Of a DNA stretch of 64,000 nt, positions 51,781 through 63,128 are shown piece by piece. Position numbers and translations under genes: made by a program. The notes beneath the pieces are model-generated. The model was not told the origin of the DNA, did no database searches, and saw nothing but the letters and a program-made list of their open reading frames with translations. Origin of the DNA: Malacoraja senta. Taxonomy: Eukaryota. The DNA lies in NCBI GenBank assembly GCA_038087875.1, contig CM075990.1:15996001-16060000 (forward strand). The letters are read 5' to 3'. The stretch's first letter is position 1, and each line of letters opens with the position of its first letter.

Positions 51781-54700
51781 TCCAACATCAGCAAAAACTA
51801 GTCCTCAGCCAATTCAGTTCACGCCAAGTGACATCAAAAGAGAGTTGAGAGCATGGATACAGCAAAGACTTTAGGACCAGCCAGCATCCCAGCTACGATA
51901 CTGAAGACCTGTGCTCCAAAATTAGCTTCTCGCCCATGCTTTTCCAGTACAGTTACAGCACTTGCATCCAGCTGAGACTGGAAAATTGCCAGTTATGTCT
52001 TGTTCACAAAAGCAGGACAAACTAATTCAGCGAAGTAACGTCCAGCCTGTTTGCTCTCAATCAACAATTACAATACAAATCTAAAATATAATTCTTTCAC
52101 TTGCCCATCTCGAAAACTCTTGGAATGATTTCTGCCACGATAACATTACATCTTATTTTTTTAAATATACCCACTCATTTTACTGTGGGTGTTTCTGCTG
52201 CCTTCCAGAAATGCATAAAATTGTTCAAGCATTAAAAGAAGCCAAGATCCAATACAGCAAATCGCCATCCAATAATAAATTGGGTAATATTGGAATCTAA
52301 ACACAGGGGTCCATCTGAAGGGGACAATATCCTTCTTTGTGGTTTTTCCTCTCTAATGATTTTCTTACTCTTTAGCATGCTATAAACAGGGATTTTCCAT
52401 TGAAATATGTCTCATTTTCCAATGAACCTTCATGCAGTATTTTATTGCTTCTCATATTTTACAGCAATGAGCCATGCCAAGATTTATTTAATGCTCTGCG
52501 CTCAATACAATCTTTCAAGGATAGTCTTATTTTTGATGATATGCAGTGTTTTTCCAGAGATTTTGCAATAATTCACAGACCATTCTAAAATCTGTTCATT
52601 TAATGAATAAATCTATTTTTTTAAGTCTTAATATTCAAATCTTTTATCAGCACGTAAATGCATTTCATAAATTCAAGTAATAACTAAAGGCCTGCAAAGT
52701 AGATTATATAATTAACTACTGCTTACAAAATGTAAAATGATTACAAATTCAAGAGAGAGCTAGATAGGGCTCTTAAAAATAGCGGAGTCAGGGGATATGG
52801 GGAGAAGGCAGGAACGGGGTACTGATTGGGGATGATCAGCCATGATCCCATTGAATGGTGGTGCTGGCTCGAAGGGCCGAATGGCCTACTCCACCTATTG
52901 TCTATTGTCTAAATACTGGATGCACCAAATATTTTTCTCACATAGTGGGAAATATATTGATTTATTAATATATTTTTTAATTTTTTATTTATATTACTTT
53001 CACCTGGTCCTTCCTTTCATCTCCAGCCCTTCCTGCATCCCCATTTGATCCATCTGTCATTTGGACTGCTAATGAAAAAAATACAGATGCTGGAAATCTG
53101 ATGCAAAAGACTGGAAATACTCAGCAGGTCCAACTTTTTCTTTGGGAAGAAAAATAGGGTTGGCATTTCAGGTCAAAGTTATTCTGACAAAGGGTCTTCA
53201 ACTCAAAACATTAACACTATCTCCTCCCACAGACCTGCTTGACCTGGGAAGTGTTTCCAGTATGTTTTGCTTTCCTTGCCTCTGCAAAGTTTCTCACTAA
53301 CACCTGACCCTTTAAGAAAATGAGATTCAAGTTGCATCATTTAAGAACTGCAGATGCTGGAAAAATTGAAGGTAGACAAAAATGCTGGAGAAACTCAGTG
53401 GGTGTGGCAGCATCTATGGAGCGTAGGAATAGGTGACATTTCGGGTCTGAAGAAGGGTCTCGACCCGAAACGTCGCCTATTCCTTCGCTCCATAGATGCT
53501 GCCTCACCCGCTGAGTTTCTCCAGCATTTTTGTCTACCTTCAAGTTGCATCCATCCTTTAAAACTAGAATAGCAAGTTTTCTTAAATGAGATATCAAGTG
53601 ACTGAGGTGAAGCAATTATGGCAAATGTCAAAGAGAGGAACTCAGCTCAAGAAGCATTCACTCCACCAATGAGATTGTCTTCAATGCACTCAGGCAATTT
53701 ATTTTCTAATTCAGAGGAAGCAAGGACATTCAAATCCATCCTTAATCATCATTCTGCTGGATTTCCAGTAGCTAGTGTTCTACATTTCATAGATCCAGCA
53801 CTATTGATCAATTTATCTTTTCCTCTCCCCTCCAATCTTACTATTTTCCCTACAGATACACTTTCTGTGGATAGATTACCTATGATAAACAAAGTTTTAT
53901 CATCTTCTCAGAGGGCACCAACAGCATGCGTCACTGCAATCTATTTGGTCTCCATCTTAATACAGATATTTCCTTTATTCTCTCCATCCCTCTCCCTTCT
54001 CTACAACTTAAACCACTTTTCTTTTTATAGTTCTGATAAAATCATCAACCAAAAATTGTAACTGTATCTCTGTAGATGCTGCCTGATTTGTAAATAAATA
54101 TCTACTAGTTTGTTTTTATCCCAGTGAAAAGCTTACAGTCCAAGATTACTTACAATTTGGTTGCATTTCCCCATCCAGTGTGGATGAACTCCTTAAAGAT
54201 GCCACATTGATTTCAATTTCTTTCCAAATATAATATTTCAGAGTATATATTAAATCCCAAATGGCATGATTAATATGTTTTGTCTTACCATGACATCGAA
54301 CATTTACATTCAGATGTTGAAAATGGTTTCCGATGGCAACAGGATTGGCAGATGACGATTATAACAAAGTCATAAACATCAAAAAGCTGGAGTAACTCAG
54401 CAGGTCAGGCAGCATCTCTGGAGAAAAGGAGTAGGTGACGTTTTGGGTCGAGACCCTTCTTCAGACCCCACAGGAAGGAATCCCCTCAAACACATTTTAA
54501 CCCCAAAAATTCTGATTGCCTGTCAATGACAGGCTGCACCATTTGCAGTTTTCTCAAGCATAGTTAAAGACACCAATGAAATTTCAAGCAATCTCAGGCA
54601 TTAGTAAGCTGTCAATGATATACATGGACAAAGTAACTGCCCAAACCCTCTGGCTAAAAATCTAATTTTACATAATTCCTTCAAGCAAATATGTGTACAT

Positions 54701-54837
54701 GTAATGGACTTCAAAATATTATTTGTGTGGAAGCTTATGACATTCTAGCTTCTACCTCAATCTTATTTATGCTCCAATTTATTGTCAGTGTGAATTCAGT
54801 GAGCCTGCTTCGGTGTTTTATAACTCTGACTACTTAC

Positions 54838-54981
54838 TGATAAAAATCTGCTTCCTTTACTGCCTCCTCACATTTCTTCAGCGTTTTTGTGTGTTGGTTT
54901 TGCAGAGACTGCAGATCTGACATGGCTTTCATGCACTGCATCTTCAGTCTCTCATAGTCATGGCTGGGCTTAGGGCTAGGT
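54838..54981 (-). CDS. DLG5: DLG5 exon, PSPKPSHDYERLKMQCMKAMSDLQSLQNQHTKTLKKCEEAVKEADFYH
   Basis: cttcag|ACCTAGC...TTTTATCA|gtaagt; 144 bp, phase 2-2. Confidence 0.95.
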
Positions 54982-56038
54982 CTGAAGATACAAGAAAAAA
55001 TCCAATAGCAAAGTTAATACTCAATACGAGTGCAAGAGCATTAAAAATATGAACAGAACATACAATATTTGAGCCTGCCTCTCCTATTTGATTGTGGCTG
55101 CATTGTACCTCAACTCCATTTCCCTGCCTTTGCTCAATATTCTTGGATATATCCAAGAAGAATCAGATTTCAAATGCTTTAAATGACACTGACATTCAGC
55201 ATCTTCTGGGGTAACAATAATATTATTTTAAAACTTTGGATGTGAAAATATACTTCCTGATCGACTCAAATTTTTAAATTATGCCCCATGTTCTCAATCC
55301 TCACACCTGAGGAAATAGTTTCTCTTTGGTCTGTCAAAATATTTTAGCATTGCCAAAAGTACAAAAGAGGAAACTGACTGAGCTGTTATGCTTATTTTTT
55401 AAATTAATTTTAAGCTTATAGCTAAACTGGCCCAGCAGAACACATTACATAAAAATCAATAGATATGTAATTTATTAGACCGATATACTATTGATAAAAA
55501 CAGTGCCCATTAAATTAAATAGATCCTAACATATAAAATCTCAGTTCAAAATTAGGAATCTAAAGGTGACAATAGGCAATCAGCAAAAATATTCTGCAGT
55601 TTAGTTCTGGATTTTCAATCCTATCAACATGTCGGTTCTGATTACTTTCCATCATAAATTTATTCTAAGTATTACAAGCAATATCCATGTAATATTAAAT
55701 ACTTCTCCACAATTTCATTAATGCAATTGTCCATGACACACTCACAAAAATTCTCCTGGATAGTTCTACATATTTATTGCATTACCCATAATGCAGCAGT
55801 AACTTAATATTTACAGTAATTGAACAATACCTTTTAACAACAATCGTATCTAGTTTGAAGTCACTGCTATGGTGGCTATATTAGCTAGCCTCAGAGTTTT
55901 GTGAAAATACTACATTATAACAAGTGAATGTATATTGTGTGTTGATTTACTTAAATATCTACTATCATTTAGTGCAAAACATTGCTGACACTCTAAAAAA
56001 TATTTGGAATTCTGACAAGCATTGTGCAAATCACATAA

Positions 56039-56820
56039 AGAGCCTGTTCCACTTAGGCGACTTTTTAGGTGAGTGCAGGAGACTCTGCGCTCACCACATG
56101 ATCGGCATATGGTTGCCACATGTTCGCTGGTGGTCTCTGGTGAATCTCCTTCATGGTCGCGAGGAGTTCGCGCATTCTGGGAACTAGTCGCGGCCTCAGT
56201 ATGGTCGCTGCAAATTTCTCAACATTTCTCGCCATGGAGAAAATCGATAATCCTGTAGTCGTAGGTGCAGTTGCAGTGGGGTCGCCATGTAGTTATACGT
56301 AGTCGAGGTAGTTTTAGTTAATCGCCTTTGCTGACCAATCATTTTCATTGGCTCATTGGGGGAAAAAAACGTAAGCACGAGTTTTCAGAACCAAGGATAA
56401 CCGAGCGGTAATGTTAAATGCCCGCTGAACTTCACAGCTGTGTATCTGTGGCTTAATAAAAGTTGTTTGGCTTCTTAAAAGTGTCTCCGCTCCTTCTTAT
56501 AAATAATTATAAATAAAAAGCTATATTTAAGAGGGAGTTAGATGTGGCCCTTGTGGTTAAAGGGATCAGGGGGTATGGAGAGAAGGCAGGGATGGGATAC
56601 TGAGTTGGATGATCAGCCATGATCATATCAAATGGCGGTGCAGGCTCGAAGGGCCAAATGGCCTACTCCTGCACCTATTTTCTATGTTTCTATGTTTCTT
56701 CCCTCCCCCCCCTCTCTTAAAGGACTTACCGTACACTGTGCTAGCTGTCTTAACCTTCCTGTTCATCGCGATGTGTATGACATTGGCTTAGCACCGTGTG
56801 AATTTCAGACAGCGCTCCCT

Positions 56821-56851
<31 letters not shown>

Positions 56852-56861
56852 ACGTGTGTGA

Positions 56862-56908
<47 letters not shown>

Positions 56909-56980
56909 TGGTCCACTCTGGCAGTCGCTGTTCCAGTTCCCGTTTTTTCAGGCGAGTCCGCTGATAAATCGCCTTAAGTG
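56039..56980. mobile_element. Degenerate Harbinger-type element with nested CR1 3' end (~56520-56700) and (GT)n
   Basis: Left end TAA|AGAGCCTGTTCCACTTAGGCGAC; partial inverted match AAATCGCCTTAAGTG near 56966-56980. Confidence 0.55.
56826..56905. repeat. (GT)n microsatellite
   Basis: Interrupted GT run of ~80 bp. Confidence 0.95.
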
Positions 56981-57656
56981 CAGCCTCAGCTTCTTGTCCA
57001 GCAATGATGATTTCTGGGACAGATGCATAGCACAAGACAAGCTGGTTCCACTTTTATCCTAATTACCATTGGGGTCTGCTAGTTCCTTTGAAGCATAGTC
57101 ACCATTCTAAATCAGAAAGGTGTGGTGTCTGATTAGATTAGAGATAAACAACCAGAAAAAAATACTGCTGGAGGCACATGTGAAGCAGCATCTGTCGAAA
57201 GAGCAATAAACTTTCTGATGAAAAATGAGACACAAGCTGTAAACTCTCTCTTTCCATTGATGAATAATTCTAGCAATGTCTTAACTTTATGGGTTAATAA
57301 ATGACCAAATTGGCTGAGTCAGAATACAAAATGCTTCCCAAGTGATTAACCTGTTTCCTGATTCTTTCGTTCCTACGGAGACTGAACAATGTTATTTATC
57401 ACCTGATCACATCAAAGCACACAAAAATGACCAATGCTGAGGAAAACACTGGCAAAATGAATTAGGAGTGGTGACATTATTTATATAAGTTTGAAGCTGG
57501 GAGAGAACTATGAAAAAGCAGACAAATGCAAGGAGGGTGGTTCTGCAGGTAAAAGACAAAAGCATTCAAGATGGACAGTGGACCAGAAGTAGACAAATGC
57601 AAAATTGTCAGAAAATTGTCTTGGCATTCGTTTTTACATTAAAAGGACCAAGCAAA

Positions 57657-57965
57657 AGGTGTGGTGAGAAATGAAGCAGGTATATCAACACGTTTTTTGT
57701 TTGTTTTTTTAATTATTTTTCATTTTTGTCTTTTTATTTTTTTATGTTTTTACTTACTCACTTTGTGACTACACTCTTTGGTAGTTATGGGGTTCTATTT
57801 GTACACATTCACTCTCTCTTTTCTTTCTTTCTTGCTCTTTCTCTCTTTTTCTATTTCATTTTTGTTAAAATTAAAATGGAAGATGTACAATAAATGTATT
57901 ATGTCATATGCCGCGGTTTATACTATTGTACACTGCTTCTAATATTATATTAAATAAAAAATAAA
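57657..57965 (+). mobile_element. 5'-truncated L1/Tx1-type insertion (3' UTR plus A-rich tail)
   Basis: 16-bp TSD AAAAGGACCAAGCAAA (57641-57656 / 57966-57981), TT|AAAA target, T-rich body, A tail. Confidence 0.8.
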
Positions 57966-58154
57966 AAAAGGACCAAGCAAATGTAATTTATTATTGTTGT
58001 GGTAATGACAGATTTGGAGAAAATTATAGTCAGGAACTGAAGAGGTCAGAGTGTTTTGAACACATATTTCACAGTTACATGTGTTACAATTGCACCTTAA
58101 AAGATTAAGAGCAGTTTTATCAAAAACACTGAACAGCGAGTCTATGATTTGTAC

Positions 58155-58329
58155 CTGCAATCGTCAAATGTCGAGCCTGGGGAAGAAAGTGCCAGCTGTT
58201 TGCGTAACTCATCCCGTTCACGGGTGACCTGCCGAAGTTGGTAAACTATGGCTTCTAACTTCTCACTCATCTGTCTGGTATCCATAAGAGTCGGTGGAGG
58301 AGAAGATGCCTTCCCAGACGTGCCAGTAC
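58155..58329 (-). CDS. DLG5: DLG5 exon, TGTSGKASSPPPTLMDTRQMSEKLEAIVYQLRQVTRERDELRKQLALSSPGSTFDDCR
   Basis: gaccag|GTACTGGC...GATTGCAG|gtacaa; 175 bp, phase 1-2; this frame is not in the ORF track. Confidence 0.92.
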
Positions 58330-61300
58330 CTGGTCAGAAAAACAATGACAAACATTTTATTATTGTGAGATTTTTTTTTTAAATAAATCCAAATGACGTA
58401 AAATATTTTAGGAGAGATATTAACCTGGCCCTTGAGGGAATTGGACAAAATCAACCACAAGAAACATAGAAAATAGGTGCCTTTGGGCCAGCACGTTTGG
58501 GCCTTTGGGCTAGCACGTCATTCAAAAAGATCATGACTGATCATCCAAAATCAGTACCCCGTTCCTGCTTTCCCCATATCGCTTGATTCTGTTAGCCCTA
58601 AGAGCTAAATCTAACTCTCTCTTGAAAACATCCAGTGAATTGGCCTCCACTGCCTTCTGTGGCAGAGAATTCCACAAAGACTTATTTACTTATTACAACA
58701 CAGGTCACCATTCAACTCATCGAGTCTATGTTGACTCCTGGCAGAGCATTCCTTAAGCCTCATTTCCCCCTCTTCTTACTTCACTATAGATCTTCAACTT
58801 ATTGTCTTTCACATGCTTAATAACTCTCTTTGATTCTTTTGCCACTTACCTACACCAAGAGCTGTTTTACAATTACAGTTGATAATTAGTTTATCAGCGT
58901 GCTTTTGGGATATACGATAAACCATAGGGCCTATTGGAAACCCATGCAGCCACAGAAAGAACAAACTAACTCCGCAGAGCAAATACCCAAAGTCAGAGAT
59001 GAACACGGGTACAGCTTTGCTGTATCGCCATGCTGCCCATCCAACATCCTGCACAGGTCCACCACACTCTGATTTTAACTGGCTCATCTGATTCATTGAG
59101 AAACCAAAAACAGCACTTTACCTTACAAAAGTGTCCAGCAAGCTTTCCAACCAAGATCAAGGCTGAAAGCCAATTATCTCAATTTTATTTATCTATGATA
59201 TGATGGAATGATTCTTTGTACCCACCAATTTCAGCCTCCTAATTTCCTGATGCTCCACCACCAACTCCCTAAGTACCTTTAAAGCCCTCCAAAACGTTGA
59301 ACATTTCTACATACTTGACAGTGAAGTGCAGCTGCATAACGCTGTCCATTTTGGACAAGAAAACTATTAAAGCATAGGAACAAGGCCCCAATGTTGAAAA
59401 TTCCCAGATCTCAGACAATCTTTTTCCTGCCCCAGTTTAAAATTGGACCGTTACCCTTCTCAAATGCTCTAGTTTTCACACTGTCTAAATGCAATTTCAC
59501 CAGCAAAGGAAACTACTAGTGGAATTTTTGAAAAATTCTAATTCAATTGCATACTAGGATGTAAAATAATGCATTAGTGAGCTAATTGACAAAAATGTGG
59601 GATGAGTGCAGCGAATAAAGCTGCTGTATCGCAGATCCATTAACCCATGTTCAATCTTGACCTCTGGTGCTGTCTACATGAAGCTTTAACATGAAGTCTC
59701 CCTGGAAGTGTATGGGTTTTCTATTTCCTCCCACATGGCAAAGATGTATGGGTTAATTAGTGAATTCGCCACATTAAGTTGCCCCCTAGTGCAGGTAGGA
59801 TGGAAATTATGGCAGAATAGGTTACAGGGAAAATTAGTGAAGGAATAGGATGGCTCTGTGAACTGGCAAAGACTCAGTGGGCCAAATGGCCTGTTTATGT
59901 GGTAAGGGAATATGGAATATGTGGAATAAATAGATGTACAATTGTTGCTCATCAAGATTATAAGTTGTCTATCAAGTGGAATTTTAAATCTTGGATATTG
60001 ATCAGATAAATAAATTATCTAAACCAAGTAAAAGAAAAGCATGGAGAGACAAAAAAAAAAGCTGGAGTAGCTCAGCACCTCAGGCAGCATCTCTGGAGAA
60101 AATGAATAGGTGACGTTTTGGGTCAAGACCCTTCTTCAGAAAAGCATGATCAGTCTGGACAATACTTTCTAAGTAAATATATCACGTTTAGTCTTTTAGT
60201 AATTAACGCTTTACAATCTAAGCACTTTTGAAAATGAAAAACAAATTGTTCATATATTTTGAACTAACAAGGATTTGAATTTTAATTGAATTATTATCAA
60301 TTTGGTGATGCTAAGAAAAAAGTATTTTAAAATCTTTGCTGCATGGCTTGGAGCTGAAACCCAACGTCAAGACTTCAGCATATAATCAATGTGACCGACC
60401 CTTCTCAGACAACAAATTAATTGGTGATTAATCTTATTGCTGTTTCTGGGAACTTGTTGGCACAAAAGGGATCCCATAGTTGCCAGAGCAACAGTTTCTG
60501 CACGCAAAGATTTATTTACTTACAGTGTGAGACATGATATGGCACTGCAGAAATATCAGAATTATTTAAATGCAAAGGAAAGCTATCCTTTTTATTTCAC
60601 AATTTACTAGCATCTCTATGCATACAGATTTTTTGTATTTGCAGTTGTGGAAATAAGATATTAAAATAAACTATCACTGTGTTGTAAAGTTTATTAATGT
60701 TAGAATAAAAGCAGAAGCCTTACAATACAGTTGTCCTATTGCATGTTAATCCCTGACTACTTTACAAAGGATTTGTCAGTTTCAAAGATTTTTAAAAAGT
60801 GAAAAAACTAAATAGGTACCATTAAAGCATTTAACATCAACTCTTCCCATCTCAATAAAACAATTTACAACATAAACATTCAAAGGCCTATAAAACCTGT
60901 GCAGATATTTCACTTGATTTGCATATTGCCTGCACTATTTTTAAATCAGTGCGACAGTCTCCTTCAATCACAAGCATTTGTTTGAATAAAATATCCTTTA
61001 TAAATCAACCTTGGTTACAAGCTGTTCAAGAAGGAACTGCAGATCTGAAGAAGGGTTTAGGCCCAAAACATTGCCTATTTCCTTCGCTCCATAGATGCTG
61101 CCGCACCCGCTGAGTTTCTCCAGCAATTTTGTCTACCTTGGTTACAAGCTTATGCTCTAAGTTCATTAGAAACCTAAGTCACTATGGAAAATGATTTTTT
61201 TTAAATTGTTTTCTAGTGTCAAAGTGTACAAAATGAAATATAGAGGTATATATTGTTAAGCTGCTTTGAAAATCATTCTAATCCACAAGAGAAAATTGCA

Positions 61301-62510
61301 AAGTGACCAGGCATTGAATACGAAAACATTGACCTGTTTAATTTTCAGTTTATGATCTTAAAATTTCTGTGGCAAGCTCTCTATGGTACATTCATCTCCC
61401 ACAAAACAAAATTGCAACTTTATAGCTCGGAGCAGTTGGAACCAAACATGATCCCTTGGGTTGAAGACATGTTCTCCAAACGACTCACTTCACATCTGGT
61501 CATTCTCAAGACTCAGTGTCTTCTGGTTACAAGCTCAATAATATAAACTCACTAAAACACTTGATTTAAGGATTAATTCTGAACAGCTTTATTACATCTG
61601 CCTTTCTGCTTGTCCTAATGAGTTACAGGTAGATGCCTTTATTCCTTCATGGGATGTGAATGTTGCAGTTATTGTCTGTCCATATATGCTAAACTAAGAG
61701 GCCAGATAAGAGTCAATGACATTGGCACGTCTGGAGTGGCATATAGATCAGAGAAGGCAGGGATGCAGATTTCTTTCCTGAAGTTTGTTATACACAAGAT
61801 GAGTTACTGCAATCGTCCATTAAATTCATGGCCACCAATACTGAATCTACATTATTTTTAAGTATAAATTTAGCCATTCAACGTAAACAAACAAAACGCA
61901 CAATCAAATATGTGCATCTATTTTGCCCCAGCTTTACAGCCTTGAATGACATCCTTTAAAATACAAGCTACCTAAAAGATGTGTCAAAAACTCTTTGGGC
62001 TAGACCTATTAGGCCAAACTGTTGAATTAGGCCGAAGTGGATGTACTGAGATTTTAAAAACCAAACAATGCAGTTCATAAACTCACAGCACCAGAGGAAG
62101 CCACTCAGCTCCACATTTCATCTTTAATCACACCGTCTCGTAACCCTGCAATTTTTCCTCCCAACAATTATCCATTTCCCTTTTGTAAGCTATTCACAAA
62201 ATCAAACTGCACCACCCACCATGGTTTCATAATCATAATCATACTTTATTAGCCAAGTATGTTTTGCAACATAAGAGGGATTTGATTTGCCATACAGTCA
62301 TACCTGTAGTCGTTTTAAAGCTGGAAGGTTATTTTGGTTGGTTTGGTTCTTTGAGGAGCTGCATTATTGGGCATGAGTTTACAGTGATTTGATTTGATGG
62401 ATCTACACATACCGTTTTTAAATATTCATGTTGTAATTTTTGCATGTCAAAGAAGCAACAACTTAATGAATGTGTAGAACCTGAGATCAGAATGAAAATT
62501 GAGAACTTAC

Positions 62511-62579
62511 CGACACTGCTGAGGGAGCTGCTACTTTCTGAGTCCGAAGGCATTGTTGACAGCACACTATAGGTAGATC
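62511..62579 (-). CDS. DLG5: DLG5 exon (human exon 2 equivalent), GSTYSVLSTMPSDSESSSSLSSVG
   Basis: tttcag|GATCTACC...AGTGTCG|gtaagt; 69 bp, phase 1-1. Confidence 0.95.
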
Positions 62580-62835
62580 CTGAAACATATATTTTAAGCA
62601 AAAGATTAACATAACTCCTCTTCAATAAATGTGTAGGAAAGAACTACAGGTGCTGGTTTAAATCAAAGGTAGACACAAAATGCTGGAGTAACTCAGCAAG
62701 ACAGGCAGTATCTATAGAGAGAAGGGTGATGTTTTGGGTCGAGACCCTGAGCACGTATGCCTCAGCACAAACTTCAGTCTGAAGAAAGGTCTCGTCCCAA
62801 AACGACACCCATTCCTCCTCTTCAATAAAAAGGTT

Positions 62836-62887
62836 GGGGTCAAGGAAAGAGCGTTCACGTCGCGGCCCCGTTTTCGCCAATCTTTCC
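62836..62887 (+). ncRNA. Minimal HDV/CPEB3-like self-cleaving ribozyme fold (P4-less), second family
   Basis: P1 GGGGTC/GGCCCC, P2 GGAAAGA/TCTTTCC, P3 GCG/CGC, L3 TTCACGT, GT, TTTCG, J4/2 CCAA with candidate catalytic C at 62877. Confidence 0.8.
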
Positions 62888-62996
62888 ACCACCACGCACA
62901 AGAAGCGCAAGACAGACGCCAATGTATGCAGATGCCGAGAAGTGTGTTCAGCTCCAGTTGAACACACTTCTTGATTGTGGACTCGGTAAGAAGAAG
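62836..62996 (+). mobile_element. Short non-autonomous retroposon with ribozyme head, 3' hairpin and (AAG)n tail
   Basis: TSD AATAAAAAGGTT (62824-62835) / AATAAAGAGGTT (62997-63008); hairpin AGAAGTGTGTTCAGCT-CC-AGTTGAACACACTTCT; TAAGAAGAAG tail. Confidence 0.8.
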
Positions 62997-63054
62997 AATA
63001 AAGAGGTTTATAAAGATACAGTTAATTTTGAGATGGTCAAGTAGAAAGGTTTTT

Positions 63055-63128
63055 CCCAGTGATTGTACATTGGCTAGTAGGATGGTAGGGAGAGGGGGGG
63101 GGGGGGGTCGTAGTCCCCTGCGCTTCAC
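63055..63128 (-). mobile_element. Small Rex1/Babar LINE fragment (endonuclease N-terminus)
   Basis: KRRGLRPP..PLPTILLANVQSL motif. Confidence 0.6.

Larger units (their letters stand above)
1733..62579 (-). other. DLG5: DLG5 gene body (partial: coiled-coil region, PDZ1, PDZ2 and long linker up to just before PDZ3); continues beyond both window ends
   Basis: Spliced exons translate to peptides recognisably matching DLG5 (GSTYSVLSTMPSDSESSSSLSSVG, SSEILNKLYDTAMDKLE, HDSAIDTDSLEWETEVVEF, FKRPQTPPK, RRRPKSAP); collinear order, GT-AG sites, matching phases. Confidence 0.97.
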
